Origin: a virus
Taxonomy: Duplodnaviria; Caudoviricetes
IMG/VR virus record: IMGVR_UViG_3300017963_002402
Location: 1 to 25,404 of that record
DNA: 25,404 bases
Reading direction: 5' to 3' (one strand)
Under the pieces are notes generated by a model, which ran no database searches, was not told where the DNA came from, and saw only the letters and a list, made by a program, of their open reading frames with translations. Both the position numbers and the translations under genes were made by a program. This document shows, one piece after another, positions 15,244 through 23,812 of the stretch. Numbering within the stretch: position 1 is the first letter of the stretch; every line of letters begins with the position of its first letter.

Positions 15244-15566
15244 GTAGTAAAGAGTCCGCGCTAGGTCTTGAAATAGAGGAAGTTGCGTGGCATCGCAATG
15301 GTATTAGTGGCGTTGGCTTTTATGCAATCAGATTCCTATGGCAGCCAGACGATGCCCGTACAAAAGAGCGATTTCTAGGCATCGTGTTTGATGAACCAGG
15401 CCATTGTTCCGTTATTGGTATTGATCGCCTATCAACGCAAGGTGTAGCGTTTGCGGGTGGTAATTCATGGCGAGGCGACCGCTTTGAGGAGGATCTTCGC
15501 CGAGCAATTGAGAATTCGCCGACTTCCGGTGGTGTGAGAATTGGGCCTTTCTGTGTGCCGGTCTAA
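15240..15566 (+). CDS. Hypothetical phage protein
   Basis: GGAGG RBS; 'HRNGISGVGFY' and 'GNSWRGDRFE' look like conserved blocks. Confidence 0.65.
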   Translation: MSSKESALGLEIEEVAWHRNGISGVGFYAIRFLWQPDDARTKERFLGIVFDEPGHCSVIGIDRLSTQGVAFAGGNSWRGDRFEEDLRRAIENSPTSGGVRIGPFCVPV

Positions 15567-15589
15567 GATAGTCATAGGGAGATCAAGTT

Positions 15590-15946
15590 ATGAGTTTCCA
15601 TGTCCCGGAAATCTATAGGGTAAGAAGTGGCCCGATGGGAAGTGACTCAAGCTATGGAAACAATGGGGCATTTCTTGTTCCTCGCATAACTAGAAACCTA
15701 GAGGCCTACTGCATTGCAAGCGATGGTTTGGGTTGGGAACATGTAAGCTGTCATATTGTAGGCCAAGCACGTACCCCGACATGGGAAGAGATGTGTGCTG
15801 TTAAAGACCTGTTTTGGGCAGATGACGACGTGGTGATCCAAATACACCCTAAGAAATCTCAGTATGTAAACAACCACCCCGATGTATTGCATCTTTGGAG
15901 ACAGATAGGTGCAGTACAACCGACGCCACCTATTGAGTGTGTATAG
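15590..15946 (+). CDS. Conserved phage protein (WEHVS...PTWEEM...LHLWR family)
   Basis: 'GWEHVS', 'RTPTWEEMCAVKDLFW', 'QIHPKKSQYVNNHPDVLHLWR'. Confidence 0.75.
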   Translation: MSFHVPEIYRVRSGPMGSDSSYGNNGAFLVPRITRNLEAYCIASDGLGWEHVSCHIVGQARTPTWEEMCAVKDLFWADDDVVIQIHPKKSQYVNNHPDVLHLWRQIGAVQPTPPIECV

Positions 15947-15965
15947 TATATAGGGAGAGTGTCCA

Positions 15966-16214
15966 ATGATAGATTGGCCGACTGACCCACCGCAGCAAAC
16001 ACAAAATGCTCACAATGTCCAGGTAGCATGCAAGGTTATTGACGCCCTAACAAAAGATAACAATAAACAACGGGAGACATTAGAGGCCATTAGAAACATT
16101 AGTGGCGAAGCATATAACACCCTTGCTACCAATCAAGCGCTTGCCCGCATTCGGAGATTATGCTCGGCAATATTGGACACCGATACTGCCGAAAGTGCCC
16201 ATCATAAGGAGTAG
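15966..16214 (+). CDS. Hypothetical protein
   Basis: GGGAG RBS; 82 aa. Confidence 0.55.
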   Translation: MIDWPTDPPQQTQNAHNVQVACKVIDALTKDNNKQRETLEAIRNISGEAYNTLATNQALARIRRLCSAILDTDTAESAHHKE

Positions 16215-16221
16215 GTCTCCA

Positions 16222-17331
16222 ATGCCTACGAGTAGCATCCGCTACATTCAGCTTAGTACAAGCTTCTGGCGTGAGCCTGATATCCGCAAATGGTCTAGCG
16301 ATGCCAAGGTTTTATACCTATATCTAATCGGCAACAATGACGTGCACGGGGCAACTGGTATAGGCCACATAGACCTAAGCGCAATGTGTTTTGATCTCAA
16401 TATGGAACCCAAAAACCTGGCGAAAGCAAAGGCGGAAATTGGAGACAAAGTCCAGTGGTTTTCAGGTGATTACTACTGGGTCAAGGCCAGGAGCGCTCAC
16501 GCCTGTTACAAGATTAACGGGGACCATTCGGACAAACTTGCACGTGCCGCGGCTAATTATGTTAGCGGTTTACGGTCAGATATTCTGGACGCATATGTCA
16601 AGAGATACCCCGATATCCTGGCATATGCCGAGCGTCAGAAGGCGGCCACGGACGCACAACAGATACCCCATACAAAGGGTATAGATACCCCATCGATAGG
16701 GCATGCAAGGGGTATCGATACACCATCGATAGACCATCGATACCCTATCGATACCCTATCGACTACATCTTGTATGCCGGACACCAAACCGAAGGAGGCC
16801 ACGCAAGATAAGCGAGATACCCCATCGATACCCCATCGATACCCTATGCATACCCCATCTCTTCGTGAGAGCGATTCCGACTCCGAGTCCGAATCCGAGT
16901 CCGAGTCCGACAATGGGGAGAAGAACCCCCCTTCCCCCCACGGCACCGAGGCACCACCCAGCAGACCAATCAAGACCGAATTGCAGCAAGCCTTCCCGGA
17001 CCCAATCATGGCTCAAGCAGTACAAGAATTGTTGGCCAAATATGCCTCTACTATCAGAGCCGACGATAGCCTAGACAAGGCACTCTGGCCAATCAAACAC
17101 ATATTGCGTTCAGGCACCACCAACATAACAGACCTCCACACCGCAGTAGAAAGGGCAGCCCAAACATACCACGGACAAGACGAAACCTTTAATCCAACCG
17201 CGCACAATTTCTTCAGGGACAACCGCTGGCGTTTCTACCTGAGTAAAGGTTGGAAACCACCCATACCAAAGGAAGACAAACGCATAGCCAAGATAAGAGA
17301 AGCCGCAGAAAAAGCAAGGGAGAGCTTCTGA
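16222..17331 (+). CDS. Phage replication initiator-like protein containing origin iterons
   Basis: 'STSFWREPDIRKWSSDAKVLYLYLI...GIG.I' wHTH-type N-terminus; central 11-bp repeats; 'SDSESESESD' linker; C-terminal 'AHNFF...W'. Confidence 0.75.
   Translation: MPTSSIRYIQLSTSFWREPDIRKWSSDAKVLYLYLIGNNDVHGATGIGHIDLSAMCFDLNMEPKNLAKAKAEIGDKVQWFSGDYYWVKARSAHACYKINGDHSDKLARAAANYVSGLRSDILDAYVKRYPDILAYAERQKAATDAQQIPHTKGIDTPSIGHARGIDTPSIDHRYPIDTLSTTSCMPDTKPKEATQDKRDTPSIPHRYPMHTPSLRESDSDSESESESESDNGEKNPPSPHGTEAPPSRPIKTELQQAFPDPIMAQAVQELLAKYASTIRADDSLDKALWPIKHILRSGTTNITDLHTAVERAAQTYHGQDETFNPTAHNFFRDNRWRFYLSKGWKPPIPKEDKRIAKIREAAEKARESF
16662..16859. repeat. 11-bp iteron array (GATACCCYATC), probable replication origin
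   Basis: GATA at 16662, 16684, 16695, 16717, 16728, 16739, 16750 and 16816, 16827, 16838, all on one 11-bp register. Confidence 0.8.
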
Positions 17332-17332
17332 C

Positions 17333-18268
17333 ATGAACCATACTGAAATCGCAGACATCTTTGATTATATGGAGGCACTCGGTTGGAAAGTGTGGGATAA
17401 CGCCAAGCCACCTTGGGTTAGAGTCCTGCAAGGCATCCAATCCTATCAAGCGGCCAAAGATATCCTATACCAAATGTCACTCGAAGAACGGTGGCAAACA
17501 AAAACACCAGGCCTAGGCGTATTCCAAAAAACCGCATTCCGCTATATCTCGGCAAACAGGGAATATATACCAAAGCCACCGGGATGTTCTATTTGTAGCA
17601 ATACCGATAATGGAGCAGTTAATACCTCGCTTGGTTTAGTCTTTGTCCCCTGCGTTAGAAACCCAGAACCACCGCCATGGAGAGTCGTCGGCACCGAAGG
17701 CGATGACATACGAATCTTTACCGTGCCTTGCACGTGCGAAGCCGGAGAATACTATGCCCAAATGACCAAAGGAAATCAAACACATACACAACGATTTAGA
17801 ACCGACGCGCACGAATGGCTCGAACAACACGAAGCGGAGGCGTATGAATATTGGGCAAACAAAATCAACCGGTTGAAGGCAAATCGATGTCTAACGGAGG
17901 CAGATATCAACCGCATTAAATGCGCAGAACCCACCCTCGCAGCCGTGCTGAGGGACTTCGCTTCAAGCCTCACAGCACCGCCGGCCGAAACCCGAAAAAG
18001 CGATTCTGACGCACACGAGCCCCGAGGGGTAGGCAAACCATACCGTAGCCTATCCGTGTGCCTTGACGGTGCCTCCCAGGCCGTAGAATCGTATCGCATG
18101 ACGCCACGCTCCGCGGCAGACGCGTCGCAAACGCAGACGCCACAGACCAGACGCGAACGATCCGCAGACGAACAGGCACGCCGAGAAATCACAGACGCTT
18201 CCGACTTTGAACTCTGGAAGGCCGAACAAATCAAACGATTGGAGGAATCACACCATGGTGAGTTCTGA
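17333..18268 (+). CDS. Replication-associated protein with Zn motif (helicase loader-like position)
   Basis: Directly after initiator; 'CSIC...PCTCEAG'. Confidence 0.55.
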   Translation: MNHTEIADIFDYMEALGWKVWDNAKPPWVRVLQGIQSYQAAKDILYQMSLEERWQTKTPGLGVFQKTAFRYISANREYIPKPPGCSICSNTDNGAVNTSLGLVFVPCVRNPEPPPWRVVGTEGDDIRIFTVPCTCEAGEYYAQMTKGNQTHTQRFRTDAHEWLEQHEAEAYEYWANKINRLKANRCLTEADINRIKCAEPTLAAVLRDFASSLTAPPAETRKSDSDAHEPRGVGKPYRSLSVCLDGASQAVESYRMTPRSAADASQTQTPQTRRERSADEQARREITDASDFELWKAEQIKRLEESHHGEF

Positions 18269-18632
18269 GATATTGTGCCGGCTTATTGATGCAGTAGATA
18301 GACTCACTGCAAGTTTAAATCGTGCCGTAGATACCTATGGAACGTCTGGCAAGGAACACAAAGGGCCGCATCAAAGATATCAAAAAGAAACGTACCAAAT
18401 GCCGACACCGCAGAAACGGGATTTGACAAATCTGCTACAACGCATTCTCGATATTCACACGTGCGATACCGAGCTTTTGTTAGGCAAATGCGTTTGGTGT
18501 GGAGCAGACAAACACGACTTTGACGATCAACCCAATGCTATGCATAATCACGCCTTGGATTGCCCGGTCGTTATCGCAAAACGATTGATGGGCAAATATC
18601 AATGCCTTGAGGATAACGCAGAAAACACTTGA
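18255..18632 (+). CDS. Hypothetical protein with CxxC/HxxxC motif
   Basis: GGAGG RBS; 'CVWC...HALDCPV'. Confidence 0.55.
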   Translation: MVSSEILCRLIDAVDRLTASLNRAVDTYGTSGKEHKGPHQRYQKETYQMPTPQKRDLTNLLQRILDIHTCDTELLLGKCVWCGADKHDFDDQPNAMHNHALDCPVVIAKRLMGKYQCLEDNAENT

Positions 18633-18691
18633 CACCGAGTATCATTTTGGGTAACCTAACCTGGCTCAAAGGAAACAAAAAGGATATCTGT

Positions 18692-19255
18692 ATGGTTGTC
18701 CCAAACACTGTAGCAGATTTACACCCATGGCAGGGAAACCCGCGGGAAATCGATGAATCCGAACTCAGCTCACTACATCGGAGTATGGGAGAGATGGGGG
18801 ACCTCTCCGGGATCGTGTTTAACCTCCGGACACGGAGATTGGTTACCGGACACCAGAGACGAAAGAAGCTTCCGGATGAACTTCCGGTACAGGGTTACAC
18901 CGAGGTCCATGATGATACCGGGACCGTAGGAACGGCTTGGGTAGAGGATCCGAATACCGGGGCAAGGTGGGCGATACGGTATGTTGATTGGGGCGAGCAG
19001 ATGGAATTGCTTGCAAATCTAACGGCAAACAATCCAGGTATTCAGGGGCACTTTACGCCGGCTGTTGGGCCTATGCTTGAGACATTGAAGACTGATCTCC
19101 CTGAGTTGTCTGATAGTTTGCGATTGGCCGCTATTGATATTCCAGTTGATCCGGCCTCGTTTGTTCCCCAAGATGGCAGTACGCAACCTTCCTTGGACCA
19201 CAAAAATCCTGTCAAATGCCCTGAGTGCGGACATGAGTTCTCGCCGTCAACTTAA
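18692..19255 (+). CDS. ParB/Srx-like N-terminal domain protein with C-terminal zinc ribbon
   Basis: 'LHPWQGNPREI', 'GDLSGIVFN', 'LVTGHQR', 'NLTANN', terminal 'KCPECGHEF'. Confidence 0.75.
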   Translation: MVVPNTVADLHPWQGNPREIDESELSSLHRSMGEMGDLSGIVFNLRTRRLVTGHQRRKKLPDELPVQGYTEVHDDTGTVGTAWVEDPNTGARWAIRYVDWGEQMELLANLTANNPGIQGHFTPAVGPMLETLKTDLPELSDSLRLAAIDIPVDPASFVPQDGSTQPSLDHKNPVKCPECGHEFSPST

Positions 19256-19862
19256 ACTCGGTTGGTGTACTTACACCGCGGCCAAATACGCTGTTGAGCA
19301 TTGGCATTATTCCCGGACAATGCCAGCGTTCAAAGTTGCCAAGATTGGTGTTTGGGAAGATGAAACCTTTATTGGTGCTGTATTGTTTGGTATGGGTGCT
19401 ACTAAACATTTGGGTTCGCCATATGGGTTAAATTGCTTCCAAGTATGCGAACTTGTACGAGTTGCCCTTACAACCCATAATGCGCCAGTGACTCGTATAA
19501 TCCGAATAGCGATTAGTATGGTCAAAAAACGATACCGTGGCTTAAGGCTAATTGTGTCCTTTGCTGACCCAGAGCAAGGGCATATCGGCACGATATATCA
19601 AGCAGGTAATTGGATTTATAGTGGCAGCGTTGCATCCGGAGATTGGGTAAAAGTGCATAACAAGACATATCATCCTAGGGGCATTGTGCAGAAATATGGT
19701 CATAGGGGGATAGCCTGGCTTCGTGCAAATGTTGACCCTAATGCAAAGGTTGTCATGAGGATCCCTAAGTATCGGTACTTGATGCCGCTTGACAAGGGCA
19801 TGGCTCGAGTTATAGCATCATTGCGTCAGCCATACCCCAAACAATCTGCGGCCGTGGTGTAA
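19233..19862 (+). CDS. mom: Mom-family (GNAT-fold) DNA adenine modification enzyme
   Basis: 'AVEHWHYSRTMP', 'IGVWE..FIGAVLFG', 'CELVRVAL', 'LIVSFADPEQGHIGTIYQAGNWIYSG', 'KYRYLMPL', 'PYPK'; likely start ATG 19233. Confidence 0.85.
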   Translation: MSSRRQLKLGWCTYTAAKYAVEHWHYSRTMPAFKVAKIGVWEDETFIGAVLFGMGATKHLGSPYGLNCFQVCELVRVALTTHNAPVTRIIRIAISMVKKRYRGLRLIVSFADPEQGHIGTIYQAGNWIYSGSVASGDWVKVHNKTYHPRGIVQKYGHRGIAWLRANVDPNAKVVMRIPKYRYLMPLDKGMARVIASLRQPYPKQSAAVV

Positions 19863-19919
19863 TGGCAACACACCTGGTACCCAACCGGGATATGGCGGTT
19901 CAACTCCGACCCGGCCGCT
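19848..19919 (+). tRNA. Non-canonical tRNA-Gly(CCC) overlapping the mom stop codon
   Basis: GCGGCCG/CGGCCGC acceptor, U73, GTGT/ACAC D stem with AATGGCA loop, CCTGG-TACCCAA-CCGGG (A33), T arm GGCGG-TTCAACT-CCG(A)CC with a bulged A; CCA not encoded. Confidence 0.85.
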
Positions 19920-19965
19920 CTCCCCTGGATATGACGGAGTGTTACATCAATAGAGGTGATAGGAA

Positions 19966-20511
19966 ATGAAAAGAAAACTTACATTAGGGCAAGAGCTTAG
20001 AAAAGTCCGTTGCAGGAAGCTAAGGCTTAGAAAAATGGAGACCATTGCTAGGTTGCGAGTGCAAGGTTATAGTTGGGCACAGACAGCGGAAATGATGGGG
20101 TACACAAATCCCCAATCACTCAATGCTGCCTGCAATGGACCTTGGAGAGACGATTGGAGGGAAATATACGACAGGGCTGTTGAGATGCATTGGAACGGTT
20201 TGGAGGCTGAAGCCGGATTGAAGCAACAGTCCTTATTGAGATCGGAGGACGAAAACATTGCACAAAGGGCCGCCCATAGCCTTCTAGCTCACTCGGCCAA
20301 GCTTCGTAAACAATTTCACGGCATTACTAAAAGGGTAGAACATGGCGGTCAAATAGATGTTGGGATATCTGCCACTAACAGCAAGGGTGTTTCGTTATCT
20401 GAGTATGCGCAATGGATTAGGGAACACCGCATGAATGGACAGGCTACCAATACCAATGCTAGACCTCAACATGACCGAATCACAGACGACACCGCCAATA
20501 CCCCAAAGTGA
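19966..20511 (+). CDS. Probable terminase small subunit
   Basis: GAGGTGA RBS; HTH 'LRVQGYSWAQTAEMMGY'; 'RVEHGGQIDV'; overlaps TerL start. Confidence 0.6.
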   Translation: MKRKLTLGQELRKVRCRKLRLRKMETIARLRVQGYSWAQTAEMMGYTNPQSLNAACNGPWRDDWREIYDRAVEMHWNGLEAEAGLKQQSLLRSEDENIAQRAAHSLLAHSAKLRKQFHGITKRVEHGGQIDVGISATNSKGVSLSEYAQWIREHRMNGQATNTNARPQHDRITDDTANTPK

Positions 20512-21859
20512 TTGGGTTGCTATACGTGCCGATGGACAGGCCTTCCCGGCATGCTGGATTGAGACAGTACTTGGGATCCGGCTTACAGACGATCAAAGGC
20601 TTTGCGCAGACGATGTGCCCGTATATCAATACAATCATTGGCGAGCGGCCCATGCCACGGGGAAAACGTTTCTCTTAGCTTGTATGGCGTTGCAATGGGG
20701 TACCTGTTATGACGACGCCCAAATTATTACTACTGCGGCAGTAGGCAGGCAAGTCCGGCGTCAGCTTTGGGGTTTGTTGCCCAATCTATATACTAGAGCA
20801 AGGGGGCGTGGTTACCCAATCCCTGGCGAGATGCAAACCACGACATGGGCGATATCGGACATTGCGAGTGCTGCCGGCTTTAGCACTAACAACGTTGACG
20901 CTTTCACCGGTGATCATGGCCCACACGTATTGTATTTGCTTGATGAAGGCCAGGGCATTGAACAGGAGATCGTCGGTGGTGTGATGACTTCAATGCAGAG
21001 CCCTGAGTCCAGGTGTATATTTGCGGGGAATCCGGTTAGGGCAGAAGGGGCGTTTTATGATGCGTGGAAATCTGACCTTTGGCATTGTAGAAAGTTGCCG
21101 GCCGAGACTCACCCTAATGTCTTGTTCAATCAAGAAATCATCCCCGGTGCTATTACAAGGCCATGGATTGCGGACATGGCCAAACAGTATGGAGAAACTA
21201 GCCCTTGGTTTATAGGGCGTGTCAATGGGGAGTTTCCTGAAAACGCAAGCTTTGGGTTGTTCAACGGAGGCCACCTGGCAAGCGCGGTCAATCGGTATGA
21301 TATCAATGCTCCTAGGCGTGGTGATAGGATTATGGGTATTGATGTTGCAGGACAAGGGGATGACCTAACAGTTTGGGGCATTAGAGATGACGTGCAGCTA
21401 CGGCATATGGAATCCGAACAGATAATGGACCCTTTGTCCGTAGCTGTTAGGGGCAGAACGATTGCCAAAGACTGGGGTGTTGAACCGCATAACATTAGAG
21501 TTGATATGACTGGTGAAGGGCACGGGACAGTTGCCAAGTTTAGGGAAATGGGATTAGATGTCATTGGTGTGCACTTTGGCGAAAGCGCAGAAGATTCTAA
21601 TCAGTATGCAAACCGTAGAGCCGAAATGTATAAGGGCGCGGCTGCTGCCATTGACCCCGCCAAAGGCGGTTCGTTTGCATTGCCGGACCACACTATGTTG
21701 ATTGAAGACTGCCGGTCCATTAGTTACAAGTTTGACAAGCATGGCCGTTACCAAATTGAATCTAAGGAGGCAATTAAAAAGCGCACAGGCAGGAGTCCTG
21801 ACTTTTCCGACATGCTGGCATTGTTGTTTTATCCCAAACGCGAGGTTTGGGTGTACTAG
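20435..21859 (+). CDS. terL: Terminase large subunit (start may be ATG 20471)
   Basis: Walker A 'AHATGKT', Walker B 'YLLDEG', 'AGNP', 'RVNGEFP', RNase H-like 'MGIDVAGQGDD', 'NRRAEMY', 'RSPDFSDMLAL'. Confidence 0.92.
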   Translation: MDRLPIPMLDLNMTESQTTPPIPQSDWVAIRADGQAFPACWIETVLGIRLTDDQRLCADDVPVYQYNHWRAAHATGKTFLLACMALQWGTCYDDAQIITTAAVGRQVRRQLWGLLPNLYTRARGRGYPIPGEMQTTTWAISDIASAAGFSTNNVDAFTGDHGPHVLYLLDEGQGIEQEIVGGVMTSMQSPESRCIFAGNPVRAEGAFYDAWKSDLWHCRKLPAETHPNVLFNQEIIPGAITRPWIADMAKQYGETSPWFIGRVNGEFPENASFGLFNGGHLASAVNRYDINAPRRGDRIMGIDVAGQGDDLTVWGIRDDVQLRHMESEQIMDPLSVAVRGRTIAKDWGVEPHNIRVDMTGEGHGTVAKFREMGLDVIGVHFGESAEDSNQYANRRAEMYKGAAAAIDPAKGGSFALPDHTMLIEDCRSISYKFDKHGRYQIESKEAIKKRTGRSPDFSDMLALLFYPKREVWVY

Positions 21860-21865
21860 GAGCGC

Positions 21866-23581
21866 GTGTTGAAACCTATATACAAGACAGACATTGCGGA
21901 ATTGTGGCAGGGACACGTTATAGAGGTTGCCCGGTATTTGCCCGAGAAGTCTATACATTGCCTCATTACTAGCCCGCCTTATTGGGGCCTGCGCAGCTAC
22001 GGGACTGAACCGCAGATTTGGGGCGGTCGGCCTGACTGTGAGCATGTTTGGGGGAAGACCTTACCTAGGTCTCACGAAATCCACCATGGTAGTGGTGCTA
22101 AGGATCACGACGACTCAGTACGGACCAGCGGCAATTCAGGGCATTTCTGCCAGTATCAAGATTGTCGGGCTTGGCGTGGCGAGCTTGGTCTAGAGCCGAC
22201 ACCTAACTTGTATATTGAGCATTTGGTTTCGTGCTTTGATGCATTGCGGCCGGCATTGCGTGACGATGCAACGTGTTGGGTTAACATAGGTGATTCACAC
22301 TGTAGCAATAAAGGCGGCAACCGAAACGGCTTGACATCAAGCACATTGCCGGGGGCAAACGCAGAAGCAAAACGTAGTGAATCTATAGGCACTAAATCTT
22401 TGCGGCCGGCATCAAGTACTTACGGGCTTGCCCCTGGGAACGTATGTTTGATCCCGCATAGGTTCGCCATTGCAATGCAAGAACGGGGTTGGATTCTCAG
22501 GTCTGCTAATATATGGGCTAAAGGTGTGAGTTTCTGCTCTACTTATTCGGGTTCTGTTATGCCTGATAGTGTAGCAGGGTGGAGGTGGGAGAGGCATCGC
22601 ATTAGGCCAAAGGGCAGCGATTCAAGCCATATACAGGAAGGCAGACCGGAATTGAATGCCCTTAGGGAAACCAACAATGATGCGGACCGGCGGGCTGTTA
22701 TGTCATGTGCTAATCCGTTGAAATCAAATCTAATAGAATGCCCCGGTTGTGACAAGTGCAATCCCAATGATGGGTATATTCTGCGCAAGGGCTCATGGCG
22801 TCCGACATCTGCTTACGAGATGTTGTTTCAGTTCGCAAATACAGGGACTTACTATGGGGACGGGGAAGGGGTGAGGGAAGATACGGGCGAGTCAATTCGG
22901 AGGGGCACCGGAAAGCCATTAGGCAGTACACTAGGGGAGGGCAGAAATGACCGGGACAGATTCTGTTCAGATATTGCCACATCAGGCCGCAACCTCCGCA
23001 ACGTCTGGACGATCAACCCGAAGCCCTATCCGAAGGCCCATTTTGCCACCTTCCCGCCTGCACTAGTAGAGCCGTGCATCAAATCAAGTACTAGTGATAA
23101 GGGTGTTTGCTCAAAGTGCGGGGCACCGTGGGCGAGGGTTCTCAAACGCCGCAGGACCTATGATCATACGACGACTAAAGCCGGCAAGAGCAAGGACGGA
23201 CCCTATAGCTCTCAGACAGGTAATGGTGTTGGAACGCACGATGTCAGGCATGGTGTATATACCAACAATCAAACCCACGGCTGGCGTCCTACCTGCCCCT
23301 GTCAGTACGAAGCAAACGCAGCCGCTGCATTTATGGCATCAGGCATTACAATTGACAAACGAGTTAAACCTGTCGTATTGGATCCTGTGCCTGCTACGGT
23401 GCTTGATCCCTTCTGCGGTTCGGGTACAACAGGCAAGGTTGCTATTCAGTTAGAGCGTCACTTTGTTGGTATTGATTTGCAAGGTGACTATTGCATAGAG
23501 CATGCTGTCCCTAGGTTGCACAAAGCAGATACCGGTATTGATGAAGCTGAAGCAATAGAAGGGCAGTTGTCTTTATTCTAG
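21866..23581 (+). CDS. N4-C/N6-A DNA methyltransferase (beta class) with Cys-rich insertions
   Basis: 'ITSPPYWGLRSY', 'WVNIGDS', 'RNVWTI..HFATFPPALVEPCI', 'VLDPFCGSGTTG'; GGAG RBS, GTG start. Confidence 0.9.
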   Translation: MLKPIYKTDIAELWQGHVIEVARYLPEKSIHCLITSPPYWGLRSYGTEPQIWGGRPDCEHVWGKTLPRSHEIHHGSGAKDHDDSVRTSGNSGHFCQYQDCRAWRGELGLEPTPNLYIEHLVSCFDALRPALRDDATCWVNIGDSHCSNKGGNRNGLTSSTLPGANAEAKRSESIGTKSLRPASSTYGLAPGNVCLIPHRFAIAMQERGWILRSANIWAKGVSFCSTYSGSVMPDSVAGWRWERHRIRPKGSDSSHIQEGRPELNALRETNNDADRRAVMSCANPLKSNLIECPGCDKCNPNDGYILRKGSWRPTSAYEMLFQFANTGTYYGDGEGVREDTGESIRRGTGKPLGSTLGEGRNDRDRFCSDIATSGRNLRNVWTINPKPYPKAHFATFPPALVEPCIKSSTSDKGVCSKCGAPWARVLKRRRTYDHTTTKAGKSKDGPYSSQTGNGVGTHDVRHGVYTNNQTHGWRPTCPCQYEANAAAAFMASGITIDKRVKPVVLDPVPATVLDPFCGSGTTGKVAIQLERHFVGIDLQGDYCIEHAVPRLHKADTGIDEAEAIEGQLSLF

Positions 23582-23590
23582 GAGTGCGAG

Positions 23591-23812
23591 ATGTGCGATT
23601 GCGCAAAAGATGCGGACAACAACCCATTGGTAGCGTGCCATAGATGTGAGCGGTATTTCATTCATGGTGAGGAAGTAACCAAGGAACATTTCATGAAAGC
23701 ATATGAAGACTATCGCAGATACCACATAGCCCAAATCCCGGCGAGGTCAAACCGTCTGCCTGTATCTTGGCGGTGGTGTGTTGCTACGCAACAGAGGTTG
23801 TCTTCGCTATGA
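23591..23812 (+). CDS. Small Cys-containing hypothetical protein
   Basis: AGGAG RBS; CDC...CHRC; ATGA coupling to next gene. Confidence 0.55.
   Translation: MCDCAKDADNNPLVACHRCERYFIHGEEVTKEHFMKAYEDYRRYHIAQIPARSNRLPVSWRWCVATQQRLSSL

Noticed and set aside
19134-19255. Programmed frameshift fusing ParB-like and Mom ORFs
   Set aside because: Frames overlap but no slippery heptamer is evident, and ATG 19233 gives a typical Mom N-terminus.
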